Assembly: GCF_052425735.1 (NCBI RefSeq)
Contig: NC_135771.1
Location: 3,968,001-4,032,000 of the forward strand
DNA from: Oculina patagonica
Lineage: Eukaryota
Length of the DNA: 64,000 nucleotides
Direction of reading: 5' to 3'
Shown one piece after another: positions 61,839 through 64,000 of the stretch. The position numbers were made by a program, and so were the translations under genes. Positions within the stretch are counted from its first letter, which is position 1. Every line of letters begins with the position of its first letter. Below the pieces are notes generated by a model. The model saw only the letters and a list, made by a program, of their open reading frames with translations, made no database searches and had not been told where the DNA came from.

Positions 61839-64000
61839 CAAAAAGGAATTTTGAAATCACGTTGATGTTAACCTGTAAATCCCAAGATTGATCAACATCT
61901 TATTTCTCCTTACATTGTCAAGCAGACAGGTGGTGAGAATAAAGAAATCATCAACTAGGTAAAATAATATTAATAATACTTAATTGGTATAGTGAGTGGT
62001 AGCAAATCAATAAATATGGTATCACACATACAGTGTGATAAAAATGATATTCACATGTGATATCATTTTTGACCAATCAGCTCGCAGAGTTTGCCATGTT
62101 TCAATGCTCAATGAACCAAAGTTTATTCATATTAAGCCAAAATATCTTTGGAAGTTTTTGGCAGTTCGTAAAATGTTTTGAAACATCGTACAACATTTTG
62201 AAAATCTTCGGAAAATTGTCATAAATAAACTGGCATTTTGATCGTGGGTCTGAAAGAGGTAAAGCTTAATATTTATGTATGGAAGGTTGGAATGTTTTAC
62301 TTGTAGCAAAGTTTCAGAATGTAACTATGGGGGAAAAAGTTATTTATGAATTGAAATCTGTTAGCTGATGCAGAGTGAACTGTAAAAAGATGTATGGTCA
62401 ATGACTGAATAACTGGAGGTATATAACCACTGTTAAGAGCTATTATCAAATCAAATTGATTTGTTTTAATAATAGGTAAATGAACCAAAATTGATATTTG
62501 AAGAATACTCAAGGTATAAACGAACCATATTACCGATACTGTGTTATTGTTATCACAGTTTGGGTTTGTGATCCAGTTGTTATCTTATGTAATGGCTATT
62601 AATGGTGATGATGGTGATGCTTTCAGTTGATGCTTTCAAATTATGCCCAAAATGGCAGTTCATTAATCATTCCCCTGCCCGTGTAGGCTCATTTTATTGC
62701 TGTATGTACATTGGTTATTTCCTTTTGCACTATACACATAGACTTAAGTTCTAAAAATTTCATTAGTTGAATTTATGGTTTATAAGTCATTTGTGTGTGG
62801 AGGGTGTTTTTTTGTAGCAGTTAGCAGGCAGGAAACCAGCATTGTAAAATTTAACAGGTAACAGTTCAATGTTTAAACATATTTTTAATTAAACTTTCAT
62901 GGACAGGGTAGAAATAAGCATTTAACTTAATAAATTGTTACTGCAATAACATGATTACTTTGTACCTAAAGGACCAAATTTTAAGTAACTACCGTAGGTA
63001 CCTATTAAGTGGATTAAACCTTAACGAAACTGTAAGTGATATTGTAAATTGTTGTTTGTGATTGTATTTATTATTAATAACTTATTAGCAAGAATGAAAC
63101 ATTTTGCTGTTCAATAAAAATCTTTTAAACTCATACTATTGATGATGATGCATTTGTTTTGACATTACATACATGTGTGCATCCACGTTTCCCAAAAGCT
63201 TCACATTATGGACAGGAGAATTTTTAAGTACATCAGTTCTCTGTGAAGACAAGAAATTTGCTGGAGTTTGCCAGGGCAATAGGCAAATACATCCAAAGGC
63301 ATGTAAACAAGCATGTACTTATCATTTTTGGCCTCAATATGGGAAAATCAGTGCAACAACATCTCAAACTAATTAAAAAATCTAACAATGTTATCACTTA
63401 AAAATATCTCAATTTTTTATATTTAAAAAAATAACCACTATTTCTCTTGTAGGATCCATAACATGCAATACTCACATTTCCAAACTGCTGTATCATACAA
63501 TATAATGGTATAAACAAATCTCTTTATATTAAATTGCAAACATTTTTATGTATTAAAAAATATTGAGGTCTTTTTTTTAAAGGACCTCAAAATTAAATTT
63601 AAATTTTGTAAGAAGTCTTGAAAATCGACAAACAATTCCTAAAACATAAATTTTTCCCTCGAAACTTGTACGTAAAAGCCCAATAGGGACTAATAATTGT
63701 AACTACGGTACAATTTGTTTTCTAACAAATTAAAGTACAGTAAAAGCTCTCAAGTCCCGCTCTGGAACTTAGTTTTAAATACCCCCCCCCCCCCCTTGTT
63801 ATTATACAGCACTAAAACATTAAAAGTCCACGTAATATTTCGCTGAAATGGACCTTACTCCTCTCTTTACCTCAAAAGGTCTTAAAAACAAAATATTAAG
63901 TTCCCGGAGGCTTAACGAGCTTTTACAGTGACAGGTAATCAGATTAAAGTGCACCTGAAAAGAAACACCTGACCAAACAACAGATTCTCCAAAGGGTAAC

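Overview
Eukaryotic, intron-rich, AT-rich animal DNA, most likely an anthozoan cnidarian such as a stony coral (inferred from the histone sequences and repeat families). Host genes in order: HCCS (4 coding exons, minus strand); one complete replication-dependent histone quintet, H1(-) H3(-) H4(+) H2A(-) H2B(+), each gene with a 3' stem-loop and a shared 15-nt downstream element; a secreted GLUG-repeat beta-helix protein of bacterial/archaeal type; a signal-peptide, thioredoxin/PDI-like gene; and a class I SAM methyltransferase head-to-head with LMBRD2 (14 coding exons). The main surprise is the GLUG gene. Its prokaryote-style domain lies in one intronless exon, and a phase-matched GT-AG intron links it to a separate signal-peptide exon that the ORF track misses, which suggests a domesticated horizontal transfer. 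It consists of two 171-aa super-repeats with conserved frameworks and highly variable loops. A near-identical, 5'-truncated second copy 9.3 kb away differs mainly in one loop. That duplicate is collinear with the first locus but lacks the ~9-kb histone block. The rest of the window holds many non-autonomous DNA transposons with readable TSDs: an AcademH-like element with a decayed RecQ helicase, and Ginger-, hAT-, Harbinger-, Sola- and Kolobok-like elements. There are also SINE-like and Penelope/hammerhead fragments and local tandem duplications.
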